This document shows positions 1 to 9,504 of a DNA stretch of 64,000 nt, one piece after another. Origin of the DNA: a virus (Duplodnaviria; Caudoviricetes); the IMG/VR virus record IMGVR_UViG_3300020365_000010, positions 1-64,000 of that record; one strand, given 5' to 3'. A model generated the notes under the pieces. That model was not told the DNA's origin, made no database searches, and was given only the letters and a program-made list of their open reading frames with translations. Within the stretch, counting starts at the first letter, position 1. Every line of letters begins with the position of its first letter. The position numbers were made by a program, and so were the translations under genes.

Positions 1-66
1 TGGACTGGTATAGATAGTTTGCCACGTCCTTATGACTATTACAAGAGAAAGTTGTATGCAGATTGA
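1..66 (+). CDS. 3' end of upstream gene (partial), probably a tandem halogenase paralog
   Basis: Frame 1 reads WTGIDSLPRPYDYYKRKLYAD-stop (TGA 64-66). This resembles the C-terminus of the next gene (WVDQQPSHYQYLLENIYG). Confidence 0.55.
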   Translation, partial: WTGIDSLPRPYDYYKRKLYAD

Positions 67-1660
67 ATCTATTGTTATTGTTGGAGGTGGTAGCAGTGGT
101 TGGATGTCTGCTGCACTATTATCCAAATCATTTCCTGATATTGAAATTGCATTGATTGAATCTCCTCACACAAAACCAATTGGTGTTGGAGAATCTACAC
201 TAGGTCACTTCAATCGATTCCTCAGACGTATGGAATTGGAAGATAAAGATTGGATGCCACGTTGTAATGCAACATATAAAACATCCATTGCATTTAAGAA
301 TTTTAGGGACGGTAAAGGAGAGAGATTTCAGTATCCATTTGGTGGACTAGAAGAGACACCAATTGAATACTATGAGTTGCAATGTCAGTATGGTCAGGAA
401 GAGTATCCACCTGAAGAGTTTGCAAACTTTGTCAATACCAACACATATCTTGCAGATAGATGTAAGGTTGTAGAGGAGATACCAGGGTCAAACTTTAACT
501 TTAAGGATGATACTGCATATCATTTAGATGCTGATTTGTTTGGGCAATATCTAAGAGATGAGCATTGTATTCCTAACGGTGTTGTACATCTCAAGGGTGA
601 CATTGAGAATGTAGTTAAGAGACCTGATGGGTCTGTTGAGTCTATTATTACCAGTGATGGTGGTATTCTCAGTGCTGATCTATTCATTGATTGCACAGGG
701 TTTAAGTCACTGTTACTTGAGCAACATATGGGATCGGAGTTTATCCCATTCAATGATTATCTGTTTAATGATAGAGCACTAGCAACAGTGGTGCCTTATA
801 TCAATAGACATGATGATATGGAGACATATACTGACTGTGTTGCGATGAATGCTGGGTGGGTTTGGAATATCCCACTGTGGCATCGTATTGGCACAGGATA
901 TGTTTACAGCAGCAAATATATCTCAGATGAAGAAGCAGAGCGTGAGTATCGTGAGTGGTTAAGTGACAGATATTCGCCCGAAATTGCCCAAACTGCCCAT
1001 TTACGCCCGATACGAATCAGGCATGGTAAGAGAAAAGAAGCGTGGGTCAAGAATGTTATCGGTATTGGATTGTCATATGGTTTCTTAGAACCTCTGGAAT
1101 CTACTGGTCTGATGACTACACACGAGAATCTAATCTACCTCGTGGATACTATTGCTAGACGTGATAGATATGTTGGTAGATGGGATATCAACGCATACAA
1201 TGTGAAGGTGAATAATACTATTGAAGTGATGAAGAATTTCGTATCACTTCACTATGCAATCAGCATGAGATCTGATAACAAATACTGGATGGATTGCACT
1301 AACAACATTGTATTTGAGATTGATCCTAACTCTTCAGATTCAACCAAGTCTGCCATGAGTGGCGTTATTGCACTCATGACAAAACCTGAAGATGCATACT
1401 TCAACCCAGTGGATCTTGATGGTCTATTGTATATTGTATCTGGTCTTGGATTCAGACCTATCACTGAGGATCTCTACAAGGAGAAACTAAAAGAAAATCC
1501 TGACAGGGAAAGTATAGTTATCCGTAAGCATGAAGAGTATCAGCAAAAGAAACAATCTGTGCTAGAATGGGTTGACCAGCAACCATCACATTATCAATAC
1601 TTGTTGGAGAATATCTATGGGACTGATGAATATGTTCACGAAGAAAAAGAAGTGGATTAG
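56..1660 (+). CDS. prnA: Flavin-dependent (tryptophan halogenase family) halogenase
   Basis: GGGSSG FAD motif, IGVGEST, catalytic-Lys motif ATYKTSIAF, WVWNIP (WxWxIP) and FLEPLESTG. ATG 56 is preferred over 32 because it puts the FAD motif at the N-terminus. Confidence 0.92.
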   Translation: MQIESIVIVGGGSSGWMSAALLSKSFPDIEIALIESPHTKPIGVGESTLGHFNRFLRRMELEDKDWMPRCNATYKTSIAFKNFRDGKGERFQYPFGGLEETPIEYYELQCQYGQEEYPPEEFANFVNTNTYLADRCKVVEEIPGSNFNFKDDTAYHLDADLFGQYLRDEHCIPNGVVHLKGDIENVVKRPDGSVESIITSDGGILSADLFIDCTGFKSLLLEQHMGSEFIPFNDYLFNDRALATVVPYINRHDDMETYTDCVAMNAGWVWNIPLWHRIGTGYVYSSKYISDEEAEREYREWLSDRYSPEIAQTAHLRPIRIRHGKRKEAWVKNVIGIGLSYGFLEPLESTGLMTTHENLIYLVDTIARRDRYVGRWDINAYNVKVNNTIEVMKNFVSLHYAISMRSDNKYWMDCTNNIVFEIDPNSSDSTKSAMSGVIALMTKPEDAYFNPVDLDGLLYIVSGLGFRPITEDLYKEKLKENPDRESIVIRKHEEYQQKKQSVLEWVDQQPSHYQYLLENIYGTDEYVHEEKEVD

Positions 1661-2498
1661 ATTCTACTCCGTAGATCCTGGTGTTGCTACACTTCACCCA
1701 TTATATCCTGCACGAAAGTTACAGCGTAAGTGGAGGACTGATGCACTTAAGGACATGAATACTTCTGAGCGTAGATGTCCATACCTGAAACTTAAGAATG
1801 CTTGGACACGAGCATCTAATGAATTGCGAGGTATTCAAGGTGATGTGCCAGCAAATGTTGCACATGCAGTGACATGTCCAGCAATTGCAAATATCATGGA
1901 TTCAGGTTACATTCTGCCATGTCCTGGTGATATTATGATCAGGACTGATGGTAGTGGTGTAAACTTTGAATGGATGTCTCAAGTATTATTTGGACCCGCA
2001 AAAAGGTTTGTTAAGGCACATGCACCAGAGCAAACTGAAGGTTTCAGACAACTTGTGGATCAACAAAAAGATGTGCTTGATTGGACTATCAAATTAGAAT
2101 TACCTTGGCGGGTGCAAGCACATCCAGATATTGTATTCATTCAAATGCCTATCGCATATCATGATGAGGATAGATTCTCACCTCCACTTGGTATTGTTGA
2201 TCCATCATATTCATATGAGATTAACTTACAACTCTTCTGGCATAAGATTGAGGAGGGTGAATATCTAATTAAAGCAGGCACTCCACTATGTCAATGGGTG
2301 CCAGTGCATAGAGATTTCCTACGAATGAAAGGGTGGGATGTTGTTATTGAAGAGGCAAATGCTGATGACTTTGAAAACAATGAGTTGATGGAATACCAGA
2401 AGCATAGGCATTTCATGGAGTTTCAAACACTCAGAGATAGGATCAAAACACACAAACTGATCTTGTCGCTAAATAAAAACATCAAGAGGTTTATGTAA
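1617..2498 (+). CDS. Conserved hypothetical protein (CP-x-I-x-N-x-M-x-x-GY-x-L-P type, possibly DUF6065-like)
   Basis: Long ORF; GGAGA 6 nt before ATG 1617; motif TCPAIANIMDSGYILP. Confidence 0.7.
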   Translation: MGLMNMFTKKKKWIRFYSVDPGVATLHPLYPARKLQRKWRTDALKDMNTSERRCPYLKLKNAWTRASNELRGIQGDVPANVAHAVTCPAIANIMDSGYILPCPGDIMIRTDGSGVNFEWMSQVLFGPAKRFVKAHAPEQTEGFRQLVDQQKDVLDWTIKLELPWRVQAHPDIVFIQMPIAYHDEDRFSPPLGIVDPSYSYEINLQLFWHKIEEGEYLIKAGTPLCQWVPVHRDFLRMKGWDVVIEEANADDFENNELMEYQKHRHFMEFQTLRDRIKTHKLILSLNKNIKRFM

Positions 2499-2499
2499 C

Positions 2500-2859
2500 A
2501 TGTCTGAGCAAACAGTAACTGAAGTTGATTTGACTGAAGAGGCAGGAGTGCCATCACAAGAGAGACTTGATGCACTCAATGATGAGAATTCAATCCCCGA
2601 AGGTACACTTATCTCCTTCGATCAACTGGTGATGAATTTCCTTCAGCAGCATGAAGATGCCAAAGAAGATTATAAGAAACTTCAAGAGGCATTGGATAAC
2701 ATGCACTACACTTCTACGATCACAAAGATCTCACTAGAAGAATTGCAGTTGAAGAAAGATCATATCAATAAACTCACTGGTGCTATTGAAGCAATGGCAT
2801 TGTATAAGAAGTATGTTGATCCTGAAGTAACAGATAAGGACTTTGTGTTTGAAGAATGA
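2500..2859 (+). CDS. Hypothetical acidic coiled-coil protein
   Basis: 119-aa ORF tightly coupled to both neighbours. Confidence 0.75.
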   Translation: MSEQTVTEVDLTEEAGVPSQERLDALNDENSIPEGTLISFDQLVMNFLQQHEDAKEDYKKLQEALDNMHYTSTITKISLEELQLKKDHINKLTGAIEAMALYKKYVDPEVTDKDFVFEE

Positions 2860-3491
2860 ATACACAATTGTTATTCCCCACACCTCTCTGGACTCAGAAA
2901 GATTGTGGGGTTGATAGGCAACCAATCATTGATTTTGTCCACTATGTGCAAAAAGAAGACCCAGATGGTCGCCGTGCCAGTAATGCTGGAGGTTGGCAAT
3001 CGTGGGACTTCGTTGATCATGTAATGCTAGACAATCCTCTCAAACCATTGAGAGATAAGATTCTAGAGTGTGCATACTATGCAGCAGATCAATGGGGGTT
3101 TCAACAGTATTCTCTTAAGATTCTAAACCTGTGGATAAATGTCAACAAGAAAGGACATTTTAACCACATGCACACACATGCAGGGTCAATACTTTCTGGA
3201 GTATACTATCTAAGAATCCCCTCATGTTGCTGTGGTAATATCACATTTCATCAGGACTTTAACCAAGGTATGATGAAAGAATCGTGGGGATGTGCTGCTA
3301 ATTTTAGTAGATATGAAGACATGAATGAGATTGAGCATGATGAGTATCCTGCTGAAGATACCATGCTATTGTTTCCATCATGGTTGCCTCATAGTGTGAG
3401 TGCATCATCATCAGGAGATGAGAGAATCTCTATCTCATTTAATATCGCTGCCTTCTCAGATCATTATCATGAAGTATATCCAACTAGATAA
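2856..3491 (+). CDS. Putative 2OG-Fe(II) oxygenase (TIGR02466-like)
   Basis: LWINVN..HMHTHAGSILSGVYY and LLFPSWLPHSV..RISISFN. Confidence 0.88.
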   Translation: MNTQLLFPTPLWTQKDCGVDRQPIIDFVHYVQKEDPDGRRASNAGGWQSWDFVDHVMLDNPLKPLRDKILECAYYAADQWGFQQYSLKILNLWINVNKKGHFNHMHTHAGSILSGVYYLRIPSCCCGNITFHQDFNQGMMKESWGCAANFSRYEDMNEIEHDEYPAEDTMLLFPSWLPHSVSASSSGDERISISFNIAAFSDHYHEVYPTR

Positions 3492-4131
3492 TTTCCTGTC
3501 TCCGACTATATTCAAACGCCTTCAGTTAATGACAGGTGGTGAGAATGGATTCCCCTGGTATTTCTTATCCAAAGATGTGGCATATTCCACAGATGGGTAT
3601 CAATTCGGTAACATGGATATTCTTGATATTGCACCAGAGCAGAAGACAGTAGGATTCACTCATGTGCTGCTAGATCAAGGTGGGATTGAATCACCTTGGT
3701 TAGTACATTTCCAACCATTGTTAGATTGTATGCAAGATGCAATTGGTCATGACATTAACTTCTTGAGAGTTAGACTTGCATTACAATTAGCAAACGGAAA
3801 GGATAGTCACAACGCTGCACATACTGACTGGGAGAATGATCATTATGCTGCATTATTCTATTTGAATAATTCATCAGGTGACACAGTATTCTTTGATCAG
3901 TATGATGATCCTAATGAAGGTACTGTTGACGAGAGATGGTATAGAGGTAGGACACAGGAATATACTGAGCGACACAGAGTCACACCTGAAGAGAATAAAC
4001 TCTTCATCTTTGATGGGCATCAGTATCATTCATCATCCAATCCAGTAGATAATCCTTACAGGATAATTTGTAACTTTAATTTCACATGTGACCATGATAT
4101 CTTCGATCATCAACAAACTCAAATCCTGTAG
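3469..4131 (+). CDS. 2OG-Fe(II) oxygenase superfamily protein
   Basis: AHTDW (HxD), LFYLNNSSGDTVFF, IFDGHQYHSS, RIICNFN. ATG 3469 is the likely start. Confidence 0.85.
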   Translation: MKYIQLDNFLSPTIFKRLQLMTGGENGFPWYFLSKDVAYSTDGYQFGNMDILDIAPEQKTVGFTHVLLDQGGIESPWLVHFQPLLDCMQDAIGHDINFLRVRLALQLANGKDSHNAAHTDWENDHYAALFYLNNSSGDTVFFDQYDDPNEGTVDERWYRGRTQEYTERHRVTPEENKLFIFDGHQYHSSSNPVDNPYRIICNFNFTCDHDIFDHQQTQIL

Positions 4132-4801
4132 AGATTGGACACTAGATGACACACCATATTTGTGGCGTGGAATTGTTGATAATCCATCAGTATTTGTGAC
4201 ATGGAAAGAGGTAGAAGAGTGCCTTAATAATCCTCAATTCTATGATCTTCAATTTATTGATCATAATGGCAGAAATGTGCCCATTCCTGCCTATCGTCGC
4301 CCCTGGACGCATGAATTCACTCCAGAGGTAAAAGATGTCATTGATCAGTTTAATCATGGTCACACAGTTATTATCAATAACTTTGAATACATGCGTGGTA
4401 AGCAAGAGTTATTGAATTGGGTTGAGACATACTTTGCCAACATTCGTGCAGCGTTTCATGTATACTGTGGTGCTGAAACATCACGCTCATTTAATATCCA
4501 TGAGGATGATGCACATAACTTTATTGTGCAGATTGATGGTGAGACACAATGGACAGTGTATAATCACAGGAAGTCAGAGTTAGTCACCAATCATCCACCT
4601 GATAACATTGACCATGATAATCTTGAGGTGTTGATTGACACAACCCTGTTGCCTGGTGATATACTATACATCCCCAAACATTACTATCATAGAGCACAAC
4701 CAAGAGGCAAGAGATTGTCCCTAAGTATTCCTATGGTGTGCCCAGAGTTTGCTGGTCCTGAGATGAAATTCCAAGACAGAAAGTATTATGAAATCACTTA
4801 A
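4094..4801 (+). CDS. JmjC/cupin-4 family oxygenase
   Basis: FNIHEDDAHNFIVQIDGETQW and LLPGDILYIPKHYYHRA..RLSLSIP. Confidence 0.87.
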   Translation: MISSIINKLKSCRDWTLDDTPYLWRGIVDNPSVFVTWKEVEECLNNPQFYDLQFIDHNGRNVPIPAYRRPWTHEFTPEVKDVIDQFNHGHTVIINNFEYMRGKQELLNWVETYFANIRAAFHVYCGAETSRSFNIHEDDAHNFIVQIDGETQWTVYNHRKSELVTNHPPDNIDHDNLEVLIDTTLLPGDILYIPKHYYHRAQPRGKRLSLSIPMVCPEFAGPEMKFQDRKYYEIT

Positions 4802-5402
4802 TCCTTTCCCTATTATTCACAAAGCACACTATGATTTCGATTGGAAGACAATCAAACCATCTGTGCAGGGATATATCCAAGCAGCACAAGAGCACATCCA
4901 AGAGTTTAATCTAGACACACCAGAAAAGGATGGTGGTATAACAACTGTGCCCATCAGTAAGAGTCATCATCCACCACATGTGTGGGATTGTTTTGAGGAC
5001 TTTAGACCGTGGTTATATGAGAGAGTGAATAGAGTCTGGGAAGAATGGAAGTTGCAACCAATGGATAAACATCTCTCAGATTCATGGTTAAACTGTCATC
5101 CACCTGGAGCATATACCTCTGAGCATCATCATCAGAATGTCACAGTTGCTGTTGCATGTTATCTACATGTGCCTAAGAATAGTGGCAGACTGATGGTAAA
5201 GAATCCATTCTATCCTTATCGCTTAGGTGATCCTCTCCACCATGCATATTATGATGAGGGTATGGATTGGGAATACATTGATGTTACATCTGGAGATGTC
5301 CTATTCTTCCCTGGTTGGTTGACACATAAGACCGAGAGAAACTATAGTGAGAAGGACAGATATATTATGTCAATGAATATCATGGGAAGATATGTCAATT
5401 AA
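4788..5402 (+). CDS. Putative 2OG-Fe(II) oxygenase (TIGR02466-like)
   Basis: SWLNCHPPGAYTSEHHH, VACYLHVP, GDVLFFPGWLTHKT..RYIMSMN. Confidence 0.87.
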   Translation: MKSLNPFPIIHKAHYDFDWKTIKPSVQGYIQAAQEHIQEFNLDTPEKDGGITTVPISKSHHPPHVWDCFEDFRPWLYERVNRVWEEWKLQPMDKHLSDSWLNCHPPGAYTSEHHHQNVTVAVACYLHVPKNSGRLMVKNPFYPYRLGDPLHHAYYDEGMDWEYIDVTSGDVLFFPGWLTHKTERNYSEKDRYIMSMNIMGRYVN

Positions 5403-6099
5403 AGTATATGATACTAATGTGGTGAATTGGGATGTGTATGACACAATCATGCACCTTCCATATACATTTACTCGCACAGATGTGCCACCAGCAGAGGGTC
5501 AACCTGATGTAGATGCTAGAGGATTATATTGGACACATCAATTATATAATTATTGTCCGATTGAAGATCCTGATTACTATCAGAATGCAGGATTAGATGG
5601 TAGTGATCATCCCATCTACAAGGATATTCTGACATACTTAGAAGCAACCATTAAAGATATGCCACCTAGAGATAATCTCTACTCGGCATATATTAACGTG
5701 CTTCGTGCTCATGATTGCCCAGGTATTCACTGTGATGCTCCATACTTTGTGGATGACAATCAGACTGTGATTGTATATCTTAATCCTGGTTGGGATGCTA
5801 ACTGGGGTGGTGAAACTATATTCTTTGATGATGATCTAGATGCTCGCAAGTTAGTGCAACCTAGACCTGGACGTGTTGTTATGTTTGATGGTAGAATTCC
5901 ACACACTGGCAGACCACCAACGCCCAAGTTTGCTCACAATAGATATATTTTGTCGCTAAAGTATATGGATAGAGAGACGCGACGAAAGTTATTTGTTGAT
6001 CATGAGATGAATAACATGCCTCCAGTATTTGACAAGGGGATCGCAGGTTTTGATCCCCTGACAGTTAAAGAAATCTGGAGAAACATTGCGCCAATCTGA
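5392..6099 (+). CDS. 2OG-Fe(II) oxygenase (prolyl-hydroxylase-like)
   Basis: GIHCD (HxD), VYLNPGWDANWGGET, PRPGRVVMFDGRIPHTG. Confidence 0.88.
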   Translation: MSIKVYDTNVVNWDVYDTIMHLPYTFTRTDVPPAEGQPDVDARGLYWTHQLYNYCPIEDPDYYQNAGLDGSDHPIYKDILTYLEATIKDMPPRDNLYSAYINVLRAHDCPGIHCDAPYFVDDNQTVIVYLNPGWDANWGGETIFFDDDLDARKLVQPRPGRVVMFDGRIPHTGRPPTPKFAHNRYILSLKYMDRETRRKLFVDHEMNNMPPVFDKGIAGFDPLTVKEIWRNIAPI

Positions 6100-6122
6100 T
6101 AACCCGTTAAGATTAAATAGTT

Positions 6123-6308
6123 ATGTCACTCCGTAGGAGACTAGGGACCATGTTACTTCAAAGTGCGATCCTCACTCGTGAGGAGAAGAATCTGGTTAGA
6201 CGTGCAATCTTTCTACTCCAGAAGGATTGTTATAATCGATATGGAGAACTACCAGAGCAACAACGAGAGTTAATTGATGATATTGCAGAGAAACTGCACC
6301 TAAGATAG
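6123..6308 (+). CDS. Hypothetical protein
   Basis: 61-aa ORF filling the gap, preceded by an ATTAAATA late-promoter-like sequence (6112-6119). Confidence 0.65.
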   Translation: MSLRRRLGTMLLQSAILTREEKNLVRRAIFLLQKDCYNRYGELPEQQRELIDDIAEKLHLR

Positions 6309-6309
6309 T

Positions 6310-6936
6310 ATGGAATTGTTACCGTTATTTTCTACCCCCGTCTACATTGATTTTTGCGATCTTGAGACGGGGATTCTTATATCTGCTGAAAACACACACT
6401 TCAATAATCCATGTAAAGGTGACCCAACATATGGTAACAATGGGTCAATATCTACCAACACAATGTGGTTAGAATCTGTCCCTGATTTGAAGCGACAAGT
6501 TGAAGCACACATGGCAGAATATGTGTTTGGTGCATTAGGTGCTAGCAGAGAGTCAGTATACTTAGAGCACCAATCATCATGGGTAAATCTACATCACGAG
6601 GGTGATCGTGCTGCATCACATGTGCATGTCAACAGCATGTTTAGTGGTGTGTTGTATCTTAACGTGCCTGATAATAGTGGTGAGATTATATTCCACATGC
6701 CATCAATGTTTCCAACGTATGCAACTAACACTGTAAATCTGGACATCGTTGATCCTAGTATCTACAGCATGAGAGAGTTTCCTATTCAACCTGAGCAGGG
6801 TATGATTATCATCTTCCCCTCACATTTGCCACATTATGTAACAGCGAATAGGACACCATTACATAGATACAGTGTCGCTTTTAACTATTTTGTTAAAGGT
6901 GAAGTTGGATCCCAAGAATCTAGGTTGACACTATGA
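6310..6936 (+). CDS. Putative 2OG-Fe(II) oxygenase (TIGR02466-like)
   Basis: SWVNLH..SHVHVNSMFSGVLYL, IIIFPSHLPHYV..RYSVAFNYF. Confidence 0.88.
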   Translation: MELLPLFSTPVYIDFCDLETGILISAENTHFNNPCKGDPTYGNNGSISTNTMWLESVPDLKRQVEAHMAEYVFGALGASRESVYLEHQSSWVNLHHEGDRAASHVHVNSMFSGVLYLNVPDNSGEIIFHMPSMFPTYATNTVNLDIVDPSIYSMREFPIQPEQGMIIIFPSHLPHYVTANRTPLHRYSVAFNYFVKGEVGSQESRLTL

Positions 6937-7280
6937 CCACACCGCTGCTAATCTCTGAGAGCATCCCACTGGAGTGTAAAAAGATCTTGGAAACACTAGA
7001 GATTGGACGGCGAGTTAAGTATCACGATACAGAAGGATATATCTCCTTCATTTGTGATGAGTATCTAAACATTTGCTTCAAAGAGAAACCTAATGGACCT
7101 GGATCTGCTCGACCATATGAGCAATGCCAACTGCTAGTGTTTAAGGAATACTGGGAAGATTTGTTGGTTGATGATACTCACATGCACGATGTTGTGCTGT
7201 ATAAAGGTAAAGTAAACGATCACCCTGGCAATGAGATGCTGCCCCATGTGGTCACGCCGATGGATGTGGCAATCCACTAA
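6933..7280 (+). CDS. Hypothetical protein
   Basis: 115-aa ORF with ATGA overlap; stop lies inside the first promoter cassette. Confidence 0.7.
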   Translation: MTTPLLISESIPLECKKILETLEIGRRVKYHDTEGYISFICDEYLNICFKEKPNGPGSARPYEQCQLLVFKEYWEDLLVDDTHMHDVVLYKGKVNDHPGNEMLPHVVTPMDVAIH

Positions 7281-7347
7281 CTGTCCACTGATTTGACAGC
7301 ACCGCACGGTTGTCTGTATATTAAAAGGGTCAAAGCAACGCGATCCA
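7266..7347 (+). promoter_or_regulatory. Early promoter cassette copy 1 (operator-like inverted motif + sigma70 promoter)
   Basis: GTGGCA-ATCCACTAAC-TGTCCAC (7266-7288), TTGACA 7293, TATATT 7317, GTCAAAG leader. Confidence 0.75.
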
Positions 7348-7953
7348 ATGACCTCCAACGCCGCTCTCGCTGACGCCCTCTTCCGCATGGTGCCTAACGC
7401 CCTGTCGCTGACCACACAGCGCCTTCAGAAGGGTCTGAGCATCATGTCTGGCGGTCGTTTCACCGATCTCGATGAGTATTTCGGTGATACAACTGTCGAT
7501 AAAACTAAACTCCTTGCCAACGTTTTCAACCCTGCATTGCAGGACACTGCTGAAAAGTGTGGTGTTGATTACATCACCGAGGAAACTACTGGTTATGATG
7601 CTATTCTTCTCGATGAAAAGATCGAGAATAAACTGACACTGACCAAGACCACATCTTCCTTCGCTACTGGTAACAACCACAGCAAGACTAAGGTCGATAA
7701 AGTCTTCGTTGTCAAAGCATCTCAGGTGGGTAACATCTTCCCATCTGTATTTGCTGCCGTTATTGATCTTTCTCTTGCCACTAATCCTGAGACTGGTTGG
7801 GATGATAAGGTGACAAAGACTGGCAAGAATAACAACGGATTCTCCACACTTCGTGTCCACAATGATGATTTGCACTGCATCACTGTGATCTATGGTAAAG
7901 TGCGTAAAGCAGACAAGTTTATCCACACCGTCTATGAAACTCTCGCTGAATGA
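7348..7953 (+). CDS. Putative PD-(D/E)xK nuclease (restriction endonuclease-like)
   Basis: GYD-x8-ENK arrangement (D84, E93, K95); overlaps the downstream methyltransferase. The ORF is solid but the function is inferred. Confidence 0.5.
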   Translation: MTSNAALADALFRMVPNALSLTTQRLQKGLSIMSGGRFTDLDEYFGDTTVDKTKLLANVFNPALQDTAEKCGVDYITEETTGYDAILLDEKIENKLTLTKTTSSFATGNNHSKTKVDKVFVVKASQVGNIFPSVFAAVIDLSLATNPETGWDDKVTKTGKNNNGFSTLRVHNDDLHCITVIYGKVRKADKFIHTVYETLAE

Positions 7954-8773
7954 TACTCACCACATGAATTGCATCGATGGGATGCAACTCATGGATGCAG
8001 AGTCTGTGGATCTGGTTGTTACCTCTCCACCATATGATGACCTCCGCACATACAATGACTCCAGTAAATGGGATCACAATGTATTCAAACAGGTTGCAGA
8101 TGAGATCTCTCGTGTGCTCAAACCTGGCGGAGTTATCATGTGGAATGTTAATGATGCCACGGTAAAAGGTAGTGAAACTGGTAGTAGTTTTCGGCAGTGC
8201 CTTTACTTTATGGATGCTCATGGTTTGCGTCTTCATGACACCATGATTTACGAAAAGACAGGCACAGCGTTTGCATCTGGTCCCAATAGTGTGAGATATA
8301 CTCAAATCTTTGAGTATTGCTTTATTCTGTCCAAAGGTAAACCTAAGACCATCAATCTTATTCAAGACAAGAAGAATAAGTGGGCAGGATATACTTCTTT
8401 CGGCAATGCTAAGACTCGAAAGAAAGATGGCACGATGCACGATCCTGGACGAAAGTCTAATGAGATCAGAGAATGGGGAGTCAGGACTAACATTTGGAAG
8501 ATCAAGAATAGTGGTGGTTTTGGTCAATCATCCAAGGCAAGTTACAAGCATCCTGCAACTATGCCTGAAGAATTAGCACGAGGTCATGTAATCACATGGT
8601 CTAATGAGAATGATCTTATTCTTGATCCTTTTATGGGTGCTGGCACTACTGCCCAGGTCTGCCTAGAGGAGAATCGTAATTTTATTGGTTTTGAGATTGA
8701 TGATACATATCATCAGATGTGTGTCGATCGCATCAAACCAATGCAGGACAATTTACTCACTAGGTTATGCTGA
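7934..8773 (+). CDS. N4-cytosine/N6-adenine DNA methyltransferase, beta class
   Basis: VDLVVTSPPY (motif IV) precedes ILDPFMGAGTT (motif I); also HPATMP and FIGFEID. SPPY favours m4C. Confidence 0.93.
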   Translation: MKLSLNDTHHMNCIDGMQLMDAESVDLVVTSPPYDDLRTYNDSSKWDHNVFKQVADEISRVLKPGGVIMWNVNDATVKGSETGSSFRQCLYFMDAHGLRLHDTMIYEKTGTAFASGPNSVRYTQIFEYCFILSKGKPKTINLIQDKKNKWAGYTSFGNAKTRKKDGTMHDPGRKSNEIREWGVRTNIWKIKNSGGFGQSSKASYKHPATMPEELARGHVITWSNENDLILDPFMGAGTTAQVCLEENRNFIGFEIDDTYHQMCVDRIKPMQDNLLTRLC

Positions 8774-8970
8774 GAAACAAAGCACAAGTAACACCCAAGA
8801 CAGCAAAAGCACAGGAGATTTATGCTAATTATCTCAACAGTGATCCTGTGGTAACTGTTGAGCATAAGAGGGAAGATCGCTGGTTTTTCTCATGCCCAAA
8901 GAATCCAGATTTCTGGTTTTGGGTAGATGTCCCATACGACAATGATTGGAGTTATCATGAGTTATCCTGA
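8767..8970 (+). CDS. Hypothetical protein
   Basis: 67-aa ORF overlapping the MTase stop. Confidence 0.65.
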   Translation: MLRNKAQVTPKTAKAQEIYANYLNSDPVVTVEHKREDRWFFSCPKNPDFWFWVDVPYDNDWSYHELS

Positions 8971-9157
8971 GACATTTACATGCACATCCACTGCCCCATA
9001 TGACCGTCATTGGTATAAAGTATGGTGCAAGGATAATTCCGTCAAAGTATTACAATCATATGCAGAAGTGTATGATGCTTGGTGGAATTTCAAAGAATAC
9101 ATTTCACACGTTGAGGTTATCGATGTCAAATCCAAAGGTGGAAAAGGTTTCAAGTGA
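8957..9157 (+). CDS. Hypothetical protein
   Basis: ORF from ATG 8957 (MSYPETF). Confidence 0.65.
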   Translation: MSYPETFTCTSTAPYDRHWYKVWCKDNSVKVLQSYAEVYDAWWNFKEYISHVEVIDVKSKGGKGFK

Positions 9158-9320
9158 AGATTCACTCCAAATTATTGAGAATGATGATGGCACATTTACT
9201 CTAGAGTGGGATCCAAACGATCCAAGATGGAGTATGTTTAATGATATTCCTGAAGAGGAATTGTCTGCTATGATTACAAACGGATTGAAAGATTATCTGG
9301 AGGCAACAGAAGATGAGTGA
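9123..9320 (+). CDS. Hypothetical acidic protein
   Basis: ORF from ATG 9123 (MSNPKVEKV...LEWDPNDPRW). Confidence 0.6.
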   Translation: MSNPKVEKVSSEDSLQIIENDDGTFTLEWDPNDPRWSMFNDIPEEELSAMITNGLKDYLEATEDE

Positions 9321-9504
9321 AGGAGATGATGCAAGGAAAGCATTAGAAAAACTCCAACAATCTATGGATGAAATGAATACTAAAGTATTTCACAATGGTG
9401 ATGACTTGAAAGACAATATCATCACGAGATTGAATCAATCTCAGGAGATTGTGGACATTTTGAATAAAGCGAGAGATGCACAAAAACGTCAAGGTAATCG
9501 ATAA
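9313..9504 (+). CDS. Hypothetical coiled-coil protein
   Basis: 63-aa ORF coupled to neighbours. Confidence 0.6.
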   Translation: MSEGDDARKALEKLQQSMDEMNTKVFHNGDDLKDNIITRLNQSQEIVDILNKARDAQKRQGNR

